Below are positions 54,594-62,634 of a stretch of DNA of 62,634 nucleotides, piece after piece. The translations under genes were made by a program, and so were the position numbers. The notes beneath the pieces are model-generated. The model made no database searches. It saw nothing but the letters and a program-made list of their open reading frames with translations, and was not told the DNA's origin. The DNA comes from Clostridia bacterium. GTDB taxonomy: Bacteria > Bacillota > Clostridia > Christensenellales > CAG-138. Each line of letters opens with the position of its first letter. The stretch's first letter is position 1. The stretch spans positions 1 to 62,634 of the forward strand of contig JAUNBM010000005.1 in the NCBI GenBank assembly GCA_030527115.1, written 5' to 3'.

Positions 54594-55975
54594 CGTATGA
54601 TTTAATCGTTATCGGCGGAGGCCCCGCCGGATACTGCGGAGCGATTCGCGCTTCGCAATGTGGGCTGAAAGTAGCCCTTTTTGAGAAGGACAAGGTGGGC
54701 GGAACCTGCCTCAATCGCGGTTGCGTTCCAACCAAGGCGCTTCTAAACTACGCTTCCAAATATGAGGAGCTGTTCCGACTCGGTGATATCGGCATAAGTT
54801 TGAGCGAACCGAGCTTCGACTTCTCTGCTATGCACAGGAAGAAAGCCGGCGTTGTTTCAACCCTGCGCGACGGAGTTGAGCGGCTTTTAAAAGCGAACGG
54901 AGTTGAGCTTATCTTCGGCGAGGCAAGGATAGCAAGCGCAAATTCCGTGCTGTGCGGCGGCGAAGAATACTCTGCCAAACACATACTGATAGCGTCCGGC
55001 TCCGTTCCGGCTTCCCCCCCGATTAGCGGACGGGAGCTTGCCCTTTCGAGCGACGATATCCTTGAGGGCTCGGACAGGTTTTACAACAGCCTTGCCATAA
55101 TCGGAGGCGGGGTTATCGGCGTTGAAGTCGCTTCGGTTTTCCGTTCACTCGGAAGCGAGGTGCATATCTTTGAGGCGATGGACAGAATCATTCCCATGAT
55201 GGATCGTGAGCTGTCGCAAAGCCTCGCAATGGCGCTGAAAAAGAAAGGCGTCGCCGTTCATGTTGGCGCCTCCGCGGCCTCGATCGAGAAGGGCGAGCGC
55301 TATGTTGTTAACTATACCGAAAAGGGAGTTCAGCATTCGCTCTGCACGGACGGGGTATTGATATGCACCGGCCGCCGCCCCTATATTGACGGGCTGTTCG
55401 ACTCCAACTTCGCCCTTGAGATGAATGGGAGAGCCATCGCCGTCGATGAAAAATACCGGACTTCTGTTAAGAACATCTACGCCGTGGGTGATGTGAACGG
55501 CTTGCATCAGCTGGCTCATGCCGCCGAAGCTCAGGCGCTTGCCGCCGTTGCGGATATCATCGGGGAAGCTCCCGCGATAGATCCGCGGCTCGTTCCTTCC
55601 TGCATCTATACCGACCCTGAGATAGCGTCCGCAGGGCTGACCGCCGATGAAGCGAAGCAACGCGGAATTGCCGTAAGAACGGGCAAGTATGTGATGAGTT
55701 CAAACTCGAAAACCATTATCGAGGGCAAGGATAGAAGCTTCATCAAGCTCCTGTTTGACGAGAATACCGACCGTATTTTGGGCGCACAGCTCTTTTGCGC
55801 GCACGCAACCGACATGATTTCGGAGCTGACCCAGGCCATTGCAAACGGGCTTACGAGCAGGGAGCTTTTAAAGGGGTTGCGCCCCCACCCAACCTTTGTG
55901 GAGGGTATCACCGAGGCGATCGAAGCGTCGCACGGACAAAGTATACACAGTATGCCTTCAAGGCGAAATATTTAG
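54590..55975 (+). CDS. lpdA: dihydrolipoyl dehydrogenase (L protein / E3)
   Basis: The start MTYDLIVIGGGPAGY overlaps the lplA stop (ATGA). Redox disulfide GGTCLNRGCVPTK, a second dinucleotide fold IIGGGVIGVE, and C-terminal HPT. Confidence 0.92.
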   Translation: MTYDLIVIGGGPAGYCGAIRASQCGLKVALFEKDKVGGTCLNRGCVPTKALLNYASKYEELFRLGDIGISLSEPSFDFSAMHRKKAGVVSTLRDGVERLLKANGVELIFGEARIASANSVLCGGEEYSAKHILIASGSVPASPPISGRELALSSDDILEGSDRFYNSLAIIGGGVIGVEVASVFRSLGSEVHIFEAMDRIIPMMDRELSQSLAMALKKKGVAVHVGASAASIEKGERYVVNYTEKGVQHSLCTDGVLICTGRRPYIDGLFDSNFALEMNGRAIAVDEKYRTSVKNIYAVGDVNGLHQLAHAAEAQALAAVADIIGEAPAIDPRLVPSCIYTDPEIASAGLTADEAKQRGIAVRTGKYVMSSNSKTIIEGKDRSFIKLLFDENTDRILGAQLFCAHATDMISELTQAIANGLTSRELLKGLRPHPTFVEGITEAIEASHGQSIHSMPSRRNI

Positions 55976-55984
55976 GAGGATTTT

Positions 55985-57181
55985 ATGGCGATTTTAGACT
56001 TGATCGAAAGAGAAAGAGAACGGCAAAACGATGGGCTGGAGCTGATTGCTTCCGAAAACTTTGTTTCTAACAACGTGTTAAAAGCGGTTGGAAGCGTCCT
56101 TACCAACAAGTATGCTGAGGGCTATCCCGCGGCGCGCTATTACGGCGGCTGCGAGGTGGTCGACGAAGTGGAAGGCGAAGCCATCCGGCTCGCAAAGGAG
56201 CTGTTTGGCGCGGAACACGCCAATGTTCAGCCGCATAGCGGCTCGACGGCGAATATGGCGGCATACTTCGCCCTGCTTCAGCCGGGCGATACCGTCTTGG
56301 CGATGGACTTGAACAACGGCGGCCATCTGACGCATGGCGCTAAGGTTTCCTTCTCCGGCAAGATGTACAATTTCGTACACTATGGCGTCGATGAAAACGG
56401 CTATATAGACTATGACGATGTTTTGAGCAAGGCGAAGGAACATTCCCCGAAGGCCATTGTCGCCGGCGCGTCCGCCTATTCGAGAATCATCGACTTCAAG
56501 CGGTTCCGCGAGATTGCCAACGAAGTAAACGCTTACTTCATCGTCGATATGGCGCACATAGCTGGGCTTGTCGCCGCCGGCGAGCATCCCTCCCCCGTTC
56601 CCTATGCCGATGTGGTTACCTCAACGACCCACAAGACCCTGCGCGGCCCCAGGGGCGGGCTCATCCTTTGCAAGGAAGCTCATAAAAAAGCGATAGACCG
56701 CGCCGTGTTCCCGCAGATACAAGGCGGCCCGCTTGAGCACGTTATCGCAGGAAAGGGCGTTTGCTTTGAGGAGGCTTTGCAACCGGAATTTAAGGCCTAT
56801 GCCGCGCAGATTAAGCGCAACGCAAAGGCCATGGTTGAAGCGCTGATCGCCCGCGGTTGCACCATAGTCAGCGGCGGCACCGATAACCATGTATTCCTGC
56901 TCGATGTTATGACTTCCTTCGGCGTTACCGGACTTGACGCTCAGCAGAAGCTCGTGGAGCGCAAGATTACCACGAATAAGAACATGATCCCGAACGATAC
57001 TCAAAAGCCGAAGTATGCGAGCGGCATCCGCCTCGGAACCGCCGCCATCACGACGAGGGGGCTTAAGGAGAACGATTGCGTCGAGATCGCCAATATCCTC
57101 TGCGATATCCTTGGCGGTACCGCCGGCGAGGACGTTGACGAGCGCATAGCCGCAGTTGTTGCGAAACAAACTCGAATCTAA
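55985..57181 (+). CDS. glyA: serine hydroxymethyltransferase
   Basis: [25 protein letters not shown], and the PLP lysine in [12 protein letters not shown]. Confidence 0.93.
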   Translation: MAILDLIERERERQNDGLELIASENFVSNNVLKAVGSVLTNKYAEGYPAARYYGGCEVVDEVEGEAIRLAKELFGAEHANVQPHSGSTANMAAYFALLQPGDTVLAMDLNNGGHLTHGAKVSFSGKMYNFVHYGVDENGYIDYDDVLSKAKEHSPKAIVAGASAYSRIIDFKRFREIANEVNAYFIVDMAHIAGLVAAGEHPSPVPYADVVTSTTHKTLRGPRGGLILCKEAHKKAIDRAVFPQIQGGPLEHVIAGKGVCFEEALQPEFKAYAAQIKRNAKAMVEALIARGCTIVSGGTDNHVFLLDVMTSFGVTGLDAQQKLVERKITTNKNMIPNDTQKPKYASGIRLGTAAITTRGLKENDCVEIANILCDILGGTAGEDVDERIAAVVAKQTRI

Positions 57182-57198
57182 CGGCGAATTGGACTTGA

Positions 57199-57252
57199 CC
57201 TCACACCCGGAATATGCGAAAATGAAGCATATCGGGTGTGAGGTATTTTTTT
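57199..57252 (+). terminator. strong intrinsic terminator ending the gcv-glyA operon
   Basis: CCTCACACCCG...(inner ATATGC/GCATAT stem)...CGGGTGTGAGG followed by TATTTTTTT. Confidence 0.75.
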
Positions 57253-57672
57253 ATGAATCGAATCAGCAAACAGGAGTACTACCTGTCCATAGCCGCCGAA
57301 GTTGCAAAGCGTTCCACCTGTCTTAGACGGCAATACGGGGCGGTCATCGTGAAAAACGATGAAATAGTCGCAACCGGATACAACGGCGCGCCGCGCGGCG
57401 ATATCAACTGTTGCGATAAGGGGCAATGCTGGAGGGAAGAAAAGGGTATCCCGCATGGCGAGCAATATGAAAAATGCGTTGCCGTTCATGCGGAATGCAA
57501 CGCAATTATCAGCGCAAGCCGCAACGAGATGCTCGGAAGCTCCATCTATCTCTTTGGCTGGGAAAACGGTGCGCCGATTGAAGATCCGCGCCCCTGTGAA
57601 ATCTGCTCGCGCATGATTAAAAACGCCGGAATTTCGCTCGTTTTTAACAATTTCGGAGGTCGGACGGTATGA
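57253..57672 (+). CDS. comEB: dCMP deaminase (ComEB-type cytidine/deoxycytidylate deaminase)
   Basis: Zinc motifs HAECNAI and PCEICSRMI. The start was trimmed to MNRISKQEYYL. Confidence 0.88.
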   Translation: MNRISKQEYYLSIAAEVAKRSTCLRRQYGAVIVKNDEIVATGYNGAPRGDINCCDKGQCWREEKGIPHGEQYEKCVAVHAECNAIISASRNEMLGSSIYLFGWENGAPIEDPRPCEICSRMIKNAGISLVFNNFGGRTV

Positions 57673-58433
57673 ATATCACAAAAGTTGGCGAAGGCAAAGT
57701 GGTGCTTATAGCCGGAGGCGGGCGGATATATACCGATCTCGCCGCAAGATTTACTCGTTCGGAAAAGAGCCTCGTGGAATTGCTGGCAAGCCCGCAGGAT
57801 GCGAGGCTGATTCAATCCATAATCAATAAGGGGCATTTGGCGGCGACCGAATTCGACTATTTCCTCTTTGGCGTGGAGGGCTATTCCCGCGTTACCGAGG
57901 CTCAGCTCGTCAGAAAACGCCTTGCCAGCTATTTGATTAAGAGCGGCAGGATTGAAAAGAAGGGCAGGCGTTCATTCGACGTTGCCGTGCCCGAGGGGAT
58001 ATTGGAGCATAGTTGCAGATGCACGCTTCGCAACGGAACCGAGCTTGAGCTTTCAGGGGAGGATCTGCTCATGCTGTGCGAACAATGGTACAACAGCGGC
58101 GTTGAGAAAGGAATCCCCGAGGAAAACCTGCGCTATTTAAAGCCGGAAGCCACCGAGTTCAAGGCGTTGATAGGCATGAACGCGCACGCGCTCCTCGACT
58201 GGTTTAAAATTCGCTGTTGCATGAATGCGCAAGCCGAAATTCGCGATATGGCATGGAAAATGCTGAAGCTTTGCAAAGAGGCCGCTCCCGACCTATTTGC
58301 CCAAGCGGGCCCGTCCTGCGTTTCGCTGGGCTATTGCCCCGAAAATGAGTTTCAGAATAAGAGTTGCCGGATTATCCGCAAGGACAGGGCTTTGGAGCTG
58401 CTCAAAAACGAAGCTTCCAATCTCCCACGGTAA
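57669..58433 (+). CDS. thyX: FAD-dependent thymidylate synthase ThyX-like protein (variant RKR motif)
   Basis: GHLAATEFDYFLFGVEGYSRVTEAQLVRKRLASYLIKSGR fits the ThyX signature RHRxxSxxxxSxR except for His to Lys. It overlaps the comEB stop (ATGA). Confidence 0.75.
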   Translation: MNITKVGEGKVVLIAGGGRIYTDLAARFTRSEKSLVELLASPQDARLIQSIINKGHLAATEFDYFLFGVEGYSRVTEAQLVRKRLASYLIKSGRIEKKGRRSFDVAVPEGILEHSCRCTLRNGTELELSGEDLLMLCEQWYNSGVEKGIPEENLRYLKPEATEFKALIGMNAHALLDWFKIRCCMNAQAEIRDMAWKMLKLCKEAAPDLFAQAGPSCVSLGYCPENEFQNKSCRIIRKDRALELLKNEASNLPR

Positions 58434-58555
58434 GGTAGCTTAAATAAGCCGTAATATTCGATTACCCTATCGCAAAAAACGGCGCAAACGTTTTTTAGGT
58501 AACGCGAAAGGACGCTAAATGCGTTTTTTTGTTGGTTAGTGTTTTCGTTAGCTTT

Positions 58556-58741
58556 TCAGCTTTGAGATGGATGCGGTGAGATCTTTGCGCTCATTGGCTT
58601 TAGTTCGCTTACATATCCCGCTGTCGTTTTCCATATCCTCCGGCATCTCAGGCATACTATCGTATCGCCTCCCGCTTGCCGGTAAAGCAGCGCCCATTCC
58701 TCGATATTCGGGCATTTGCAACAACACTTGTAGTTCTTCAT
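58556..58741 (-). CDS. hypothetical 61-aa four-Cys zinc-ribbon protein
   Basis: The ATG has GGAG 7 nt upstream. The protein MKNYKCCCKCPNIEEW...IVCLRCRRIW carries CxxC...CxxC. An overlapping alternative frame (58548..58754) starts with TTG and lacks an RBS. Confidence 0.4.
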   Translation of the reverse strand: MKNYKCCCKCPNIEEWALLYRQAGGDTIVCLRCRRIWKTTAGYVSELKPMSAKISPHPSQS

Positions 58742-58857
58742 CTGTTTTCTCCAACTTGATTATTTTTGTTGCTTATGTGCTTTTTTATTATAGCATCCTG
58801 CCCTTTATTCTTCAAGAGCCCTAAAGCCCGCCTCTGTAAATATTCTGTAAACCCCGC

Positions 58858-59622
58858 TTATTCTCCGATTATTCGCTCCTCAGCCATTATCCGGCCGCTG
58901 TAATACTCGTCTATCGTCAATGCCTGGCTCACGCTTAGATTCGGAATCACATATACCCGCTCCCGTTCCGCGCTGTATACCGCGCCCTCGCATACTATCA
59001 GCTGGTCGAATACCCTTATCCCGATGTTCTCGCATAGCTCGCGCACCTTGCTAAAGACGCGCATATCCTCCTCCGACGGCAAAGGGATTCCCGACGGGTG
59101 ATTATGCGTTAGGATTATCGAATGCGCTTTGTTGTTCAGGGCTTTCTCTATGATGTGCCTTAGCTCCACAGGCGCGGTCTCCAGCGTTCCGGTCGATAAT
59201 ACGTTTGTGTTGACTACAAATCCGTTCACATCCAGCGAAATCAGCCTTATGGTCTCATATTTGTCACCCATCGACGTTGCCATCGCGTATCTGCAGGCGT
59301 CCACAGCGCCCACTATCCGTGTGCGGTTTTTTAGGCTGGAAAAAGTATTCAAAACTATTCGTTGTGTGAGTTCAAACGTCAATCGAATGAGTATCGCCGC
59401 CTGTTCCCCTATCCCCTCAACCTGCATCAGCTCTTCGCGCTCCGCTTTCAAAACCCGTTCCAGCGTGCCGAACCGCTCGATCAATCTATGTGCCAGGGTG
59501 TTGGTTTCGCGCCTTGGGATCGCATAGGTGAGCAACAGCTCCAGAATGTTGTGATCCGCCATCCCCTTAACTCCGTTTGCCGAAAACTGCGCCCGTAACC
59601 TTTCCCGATGTCCCTCCGCCAT
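58858..59622 (-). CDS. radC: RadC-family JAB/MPN domain protein
   Basis: N-terminal HhH region (HRERLRAQF...ELLLTYAIPRRETNTLAHRLIERFG) and the JAMM motif ILTHNHPSGIPLPSEEDM. Confidence 0.88.
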   Translation of the reverse strand: MAEGHRERLRAQFSANGVKGMADHNILELLLTYAIPRRETNTLAHRLIERFGTLERVLKAEREELMQVEGIGEQAAILIRLTFELTQRIVLNTFSSLKNRTRIVGAVDACRYAMATSMGDKYETIRLISLDVNGFVVNTNVLSTGTLETAPVELRHIIEKALNNKAHSIILTHNHPSGIPLPSEEDMRVFSKVRELCENIGIRVFDQLIVCEGAVYSAERERVYVIPNLSVSQALTIDEYYSGRIMAEERIIGE

Positions 59623-59649
59623 TTGGACTCTCCTTCTTCTGCTTATCAG

Positions 59650-59679
59650 ATTCTATTACGCCCCGCTCCATCCTGTCAA
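59650..59679 (-). promoter_or_regulatory. probable sigma-A promoter of radC
   Basis: The minus strand reads TTGACA (59679..59674), an 18-nt spacer, then TAGAAT (59655..59650). Confidence 0.5.
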
Positions 59680-59710
59680 GGGTTTCGGGGGCGGGTGAAA
59701 ACGCCTTTTA

Positions 59711-61189
59711 TCAATCGGCGGTTATAAAGAAGATTATGGAGTCGGTGAAGGAATAGTTGCCGGCAGGCAGATTGAGTTTTAGTATGTCCGATGTTTGCAG
59801 TTTCAGACTTCCGTTCTGTTCGCCCGGTGCGCTAAATACGAAGCTCCCCTCGATTGTATACGGAATCTCGTAGCCGTTGCCGCCGCTGTCCCGGAGCGTG
59901 CCGTTCGTCTTGTTTACCGTTATGTAGACGTTGCGACTTCCGCCCATCGAGGTGACGCGCACCGTGTAGCTCACGGCTACCTCCGCAGAGTTGAGATCTA
60001 TCTTTCCAAACATCAGCTCACCCGGGATCTCATACTCGTAGCTTGAGCCCGTGATCTTCATAACCACTATCTCTATCTCCGTGTTCCCCGTAACCTCGTA
60101 TCGGTAGCCCTGCCCTGCGTCCTCAATATCCTTCTCCCCAACTCTCAGCCGCATCAGCTCATAGCCGCTTTCAAGTTTTATCTCTATCTCAATTGTCGTT
60201 CCGCTCGGTACAGTTCCCCCGTTCATCACCTGTACGCTCCCGTACTTCACTATCGCCTCATATCCCGTCCCCTCGTTCCAACGGATTACGCAGTTGACGC
60301 TCCCCTTCGGGCTGAACTTTGCCTCAAGCTCAGTTTCCTCGCTTATAACCAGGCTGTTCCCCTCAAGCACCTCCCCATTCGCCTTTATCCACTCCAGATG
60401 ATAGCCCGCTTCCGCTTCGCTAACTATATAGACCAGCGTTCCTGTCCTTACCTTTTCGCCGCTCGCTATTAGTTCGCCGCTCTCGCTTCCCCGCCTGACC
60501 TCTATCCTTCCATGCTCCGTTGCTCCATACCTTATCTCCCATTCCTCCTCTATCTCCACCTCAGCTCCAACTATTGCTTCCCACTCATCCGGACTCGGAG
60601 TTGGAGTCCCTTCCACCGGCGGTTCGGGCGTTTCGTCCACAGGCGGTTTGGGAGTTTCCGATACAGCTCCACCTTTTCCGCTTATCTCCATCCCTGCGAT
60701 TCGGTTTGATCCCTCCACTGTTATTACTTCTCGATTTATGCCTTCACTTCCGGCTACCGTCAGACGGATATAGGCCTTCTCGCTGTCGTTCAATTCCGCG
60801 CCAAACTCTATGACTTGCAACTCAAAGTCCGTGCCGACTTCATATCTGCACTTTTCCTCATAGCTCTCCCCGTCCGTGCTGTATTCCACCTTCCAATACT
60901 TCGCTCCTCCAAGCGAACCACGCGTTTCAAACCTTAGCTCTATATCCTCATATCCCTTACTGCTGAACTCAAACTCCCAGTAGTCCCCCTCTCGCATTCC
61001 TCTCACGCTCCACGAGCCGTTTTGATTATCCCATGCTGCATGGCTGTTCCTTAGCGTTCCGCTTCCCTCGCTCGCCTCCGCACTTACCTCCCGCCATGCA
61101 GCGATTATCGTGCGCGTTTCGCCCTGCGCAAAGCCCGCCATCAGCCCTATCAGCATTATCCCAATAAGTATCCATCCGACTCGTTTCAT
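59711..61189 (-). CDS. secreted multi-domain surface protein (N-terminal beta-sandwich-like domain, Pro-rich linker, two InlB-B-repeat-like modules, C-terminal domain)
   Basis: The start was trimmed to MKRVGWILIGIMLIGLMAGFAQG (signal peptide), and its ATG shares one nucleotide with the upstream stop (TGATG). Linker ETPKPPVDETPEPPVEGTPTPSPDE, and repeats containing GYHLEW / GYELMR. Confidence 0.75.
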   Translation of the reverse strand: MKRVGWILIGIMLIGLMAGFAQGETRTIIAAWREVSAEASEGSGTLRNSHAAWDNQNGSWSVRGMREGDYWEFEFSSKGYEDIELRFETRGSLGGAKYWKVEYSTDGESYEEKCRYEVGTDFELQVIEFGAELNDSEKAYIRLTVAGSEGINREVITVEGSNRIAGMEISGKGGAVSETPKPPVDETPEPPVEGTPTPSPDEWEAIVGAEVEIEEEWEIRYGATEHGRIEVRRGSESGELIASGEKVRTGTLVYIVSEAEAGYHLEWIKANGEVLEGNSLVISEETELEAKFSPKGSVNCVIRWNEGTGYEAIVKYGSVQVMNGGTVPSGTTIEIEIKLESGYELMRLRVGEKDIEDAGQGYRYEVTGNTEIEIVVMKITGSSYEYEIPGELMFGKIDLNSAEVAVSYTVRVTSMGGSRNVYITVNKTNGTLRDSGGNGYEIPYTIEGSFVFSAPGEQNGSLKLQTSDILKLNLPAGNYSFTDSIIFFITAD

Positions 61190-61677
61190 CAGCCCTGTTC
61201 CTCCCCCACGACCTGCCCGTCCTTCATGTAATAGCTGTGATCTGTGTAATACCATGTGTTCTCTAACCGCACCGCATATCGCAATATCTTCGCCGCATCT
61301 GCCGCGTTGACCGCCTTTCTCCTGTCCTCATCGCGCTCGCTTGCCACCCACTTTTCACCCTCGTATCTGCCTATCACCCAATTCCCGTTCTCGTCCTCCT
61401 TCGTCCACGAAAAGTTGCAATCGCCCCGCTCATATGCCTTTCCCGCTTCGTCCCACTCCGCTATCCGTACCGTGTATCTCAATATCGCCGCCGCATCGTC
61501 CGCCGCTATTCGCCCGTCCTGCGTCACATCCCCCGACAGCGCCTTCCCTATCTCTATCTCCGCGCTGACCACCGTCCTGTGTTCATCGCCTTGGGAGATT
61601 GTAATTTGCGTCAGCATAATGGCTAAAACGACCATCTGCACCACTATTATCTTCCATCTTCGTCTCTTTACATTCAT
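61189..61677 (-). CDS. small secreted or anchored protein with an atypical split dockerin-like domain
   Basis: N-terminal hydrophobic segment WKIIVVQMVVLAIMLTQI. GDVTQDGRIAADDAAAILRYTV is a canonical dockerin Ca-loop plus helix. A second half, AVNAADAAKILRYAV, follows a roughly 50-aa insert. Confidence 0.7.
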   Translation of the reverse strand: MNVKRRRWKIIVVQMVVLAIMLTQITISQGDEHRTVVSAEIEIGKALSGDVTQDGRIAADDAAAILRYTVRIAEWDEAGKAYERGDCNFSWTKEDENGNWVIGRYEGEKWVASERDEDRRKAVNAADAAKILRYAVRLENTWYYTDHSYYMKDGQVVGEEQG

Positions 61678-61687
61678 TGGCTTTTCC

Positions 61688-62281
61688 CTATCCTATCGCG
61701 TTCAATTTGAATTGCATACTGCTTATGTTCTGATACTCGTTCTTGCTGTCCGCATCGTAAAAATATGTTATCAACCTGCCCTCGTATTCGCCCGCTTCCA
61801 GCTCCATATTCAGCTCTATCCGCTCCACACGCTCGCCCGGCTTCACATATTCGCCTTCCGCCGTCCTGTATAGCTCAACTATCCGCTCTATCTCGCCTCC
61901 CTCATTCAGCTCCACTATCTCCAGCACAAACCGCATATAGCATTCGTTCCCCGCCGGATTCTCCAGCTCTACCCGCACTTCCTTGCTCCCTGCTCGCACG
62001 TTCAGCTCCTTAAACGCCGCCACCTTAACGCCGTTCAAGCTCTCCTCCCGCTCCTCGTCGCTTCCTAAGCTCATTTTCTCGCCCCCGCTCTCGTCCTGTT
62101 CATCCTCAATCTCCACTCTCAGCCACCCGTCCTCCGGCGCGGCTGTCCGCTCATATTGCGCTTCCCCCGATCCCGCGCACCCCAAAAGCAAAAGCAGCGC
62201 CAGAATTGTCCCTGCGCACCGCTTCCTATTCGTTTTATTCTTATGCTTGTTTCCCTTGTCCCCAGGCTCCCCGCTACCCAT
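61688..62281 (-). CDS. Glu-rich lipoprotein of unknown function
   Basis: Lipobox LLLLGCAGSG with a very acidic mature part. The start is taken at the ATG (MGSGEPG...); the GTG at 62305 is an alternative. Confidence 0.7.
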   Translation of the reverse strand: MGSGEPGDKGNKHKNKTNRKRCAGTILALLLLLGCAGSGEAQYERTAAPEDGWLRVEIEDEQDESGGEKMSLGSDEEREESLNGVKVAAFKELNVRAGSKEVRVELENPAGNECYMRFVLEIVELNEGGEIERIVELYRTAEGEYVKPGERVERIELNMELEAGEYEGRLITYFYDADSKNEYQNISSMQFKLNAIG

Positions 62282-62634
62282 ATGTTCCTGCTCCCCCGTC
62301 TCCACGTTCTATCTCGTTTTCTTTTATGTTATCATACACCTTTTCTTCCCGCAAGTGCTTTTTTGGCTTTTTTTGAAATATTAAGTGATTTACGGGGGGA
62401 TTTTCAAACCTAAATCGGCAAAATGAGCGTTTTGAGGGCAAAATACTGCACGCGCAAAGAAATAATCCCCGCTTTTAAAAGGTTTCTGCGGCGGGCTTTG
62501 AGGTATAAACCTCCACCGCCGCATCTTTGGGAGGGTGTCCGAACCGTCTGCCAAAATTTCTTGCAAACTATCTGCGCCTCATATGTTGGCTTTTACGATG
62601 GCACAGGTTCATTGCTCTTGGCTTTCTGAACCGC

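Noticed and set aside
58548-58754. Alternative 68-aa frame overlapping the zinc-ribbon ORF
   Set aside because: It needs a TTG start without an RBS. The overlapping ATG-initiated zinc-ribbon frame is the better, though still tentative, candidate.
62423-62629. 68-aa plus-strand ORF, and the long hairpin TGCGGCGG...CCGCCGCA at 62486-62522
   Set aside because: The ORF has no RBS and a basic low-complexity sequence. The hairpin lacks a clear U-tract on either strand and its parent gene lies outside the window, so neither can be assigned.

Overview
This window is a chromosomal segment from a Gram-positive, anaerobe-like genome. Gene content looks Clostridia-type, with AGGAGG ribosome-binding sites and many ATGA-type overlapping gene junctions. 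G+C is mid-50s % by eye, and the leftmost 1.6 kb is visibly AT-richer. I can support 65 protein-coding genes, one initiator tRNA-Met, one tandem glycine riboswitch, and several textbook TTGACA-17-TATAAT promoters, operators and intrinsic terminators. I saw no CRISPR array, IS element, integrase or recombinase, rRNA, or recognisable defence gene.

Left to right:
1. 328-1645 (-): an AT-rich operon of five very small ORFs, including a triplicated 56-62 aa protein family.
2. 1657-11375: a maltodextrin/starch locus with a GH13 enzyme, an ABC importer, a short LacI regulator and a 708-aa lipoprotein built from five CBM-like repeats.
3. 11545-13278: a 4Fe-4S protein and a TIGR04076-like protein, divergent from a Crp/Fnr regulator.
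4. 13531-16868: Lrp, aminotransferase, eda and kdgK.
5. 16872-29725: an AraC-centred divergon. One arm carries a Dpp-type importer, two alpha/beta hydrolases and an M20 amidohydrolase. The other arm carries AtuA-like, DUF4387 and a two-subunit class-I Fe-S hydro-lyase.
6. 30338-30413: a stand-alone tRNA-fMet.
7. 30673-41885: a Dpp-type importer, a LysR regulator, four RraA/HMG-aldolase-fold paralogues (two with a degenerate catalytic motif), a creatininase-family protein and an M20 hydrolase. This is my best candidate for an undescribed catabolic system.
8. 41953-44081: a C_GCAxxG_C_C protein and a CoA-disulfide-reductase/rhodanese fusion.
9. 44121-49165: ogg, then a MarR-controlled heterodimeric ABC exporter.
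10. 49202-57252: a glycine-riboswitch-controlled gcvT-gcvH-gcvPA-gcvPB-lplA-lpd-glyA operon.
11. 57253-59622: comEB and thyX, a small zinc-ribbon ORF, and radC.
12. 59711-62281: a Glu-rich three-gene secreted/surface operon that includes an atypical dockerin-like protein.

All family calls come from motif recognition by eye. No database search was run.
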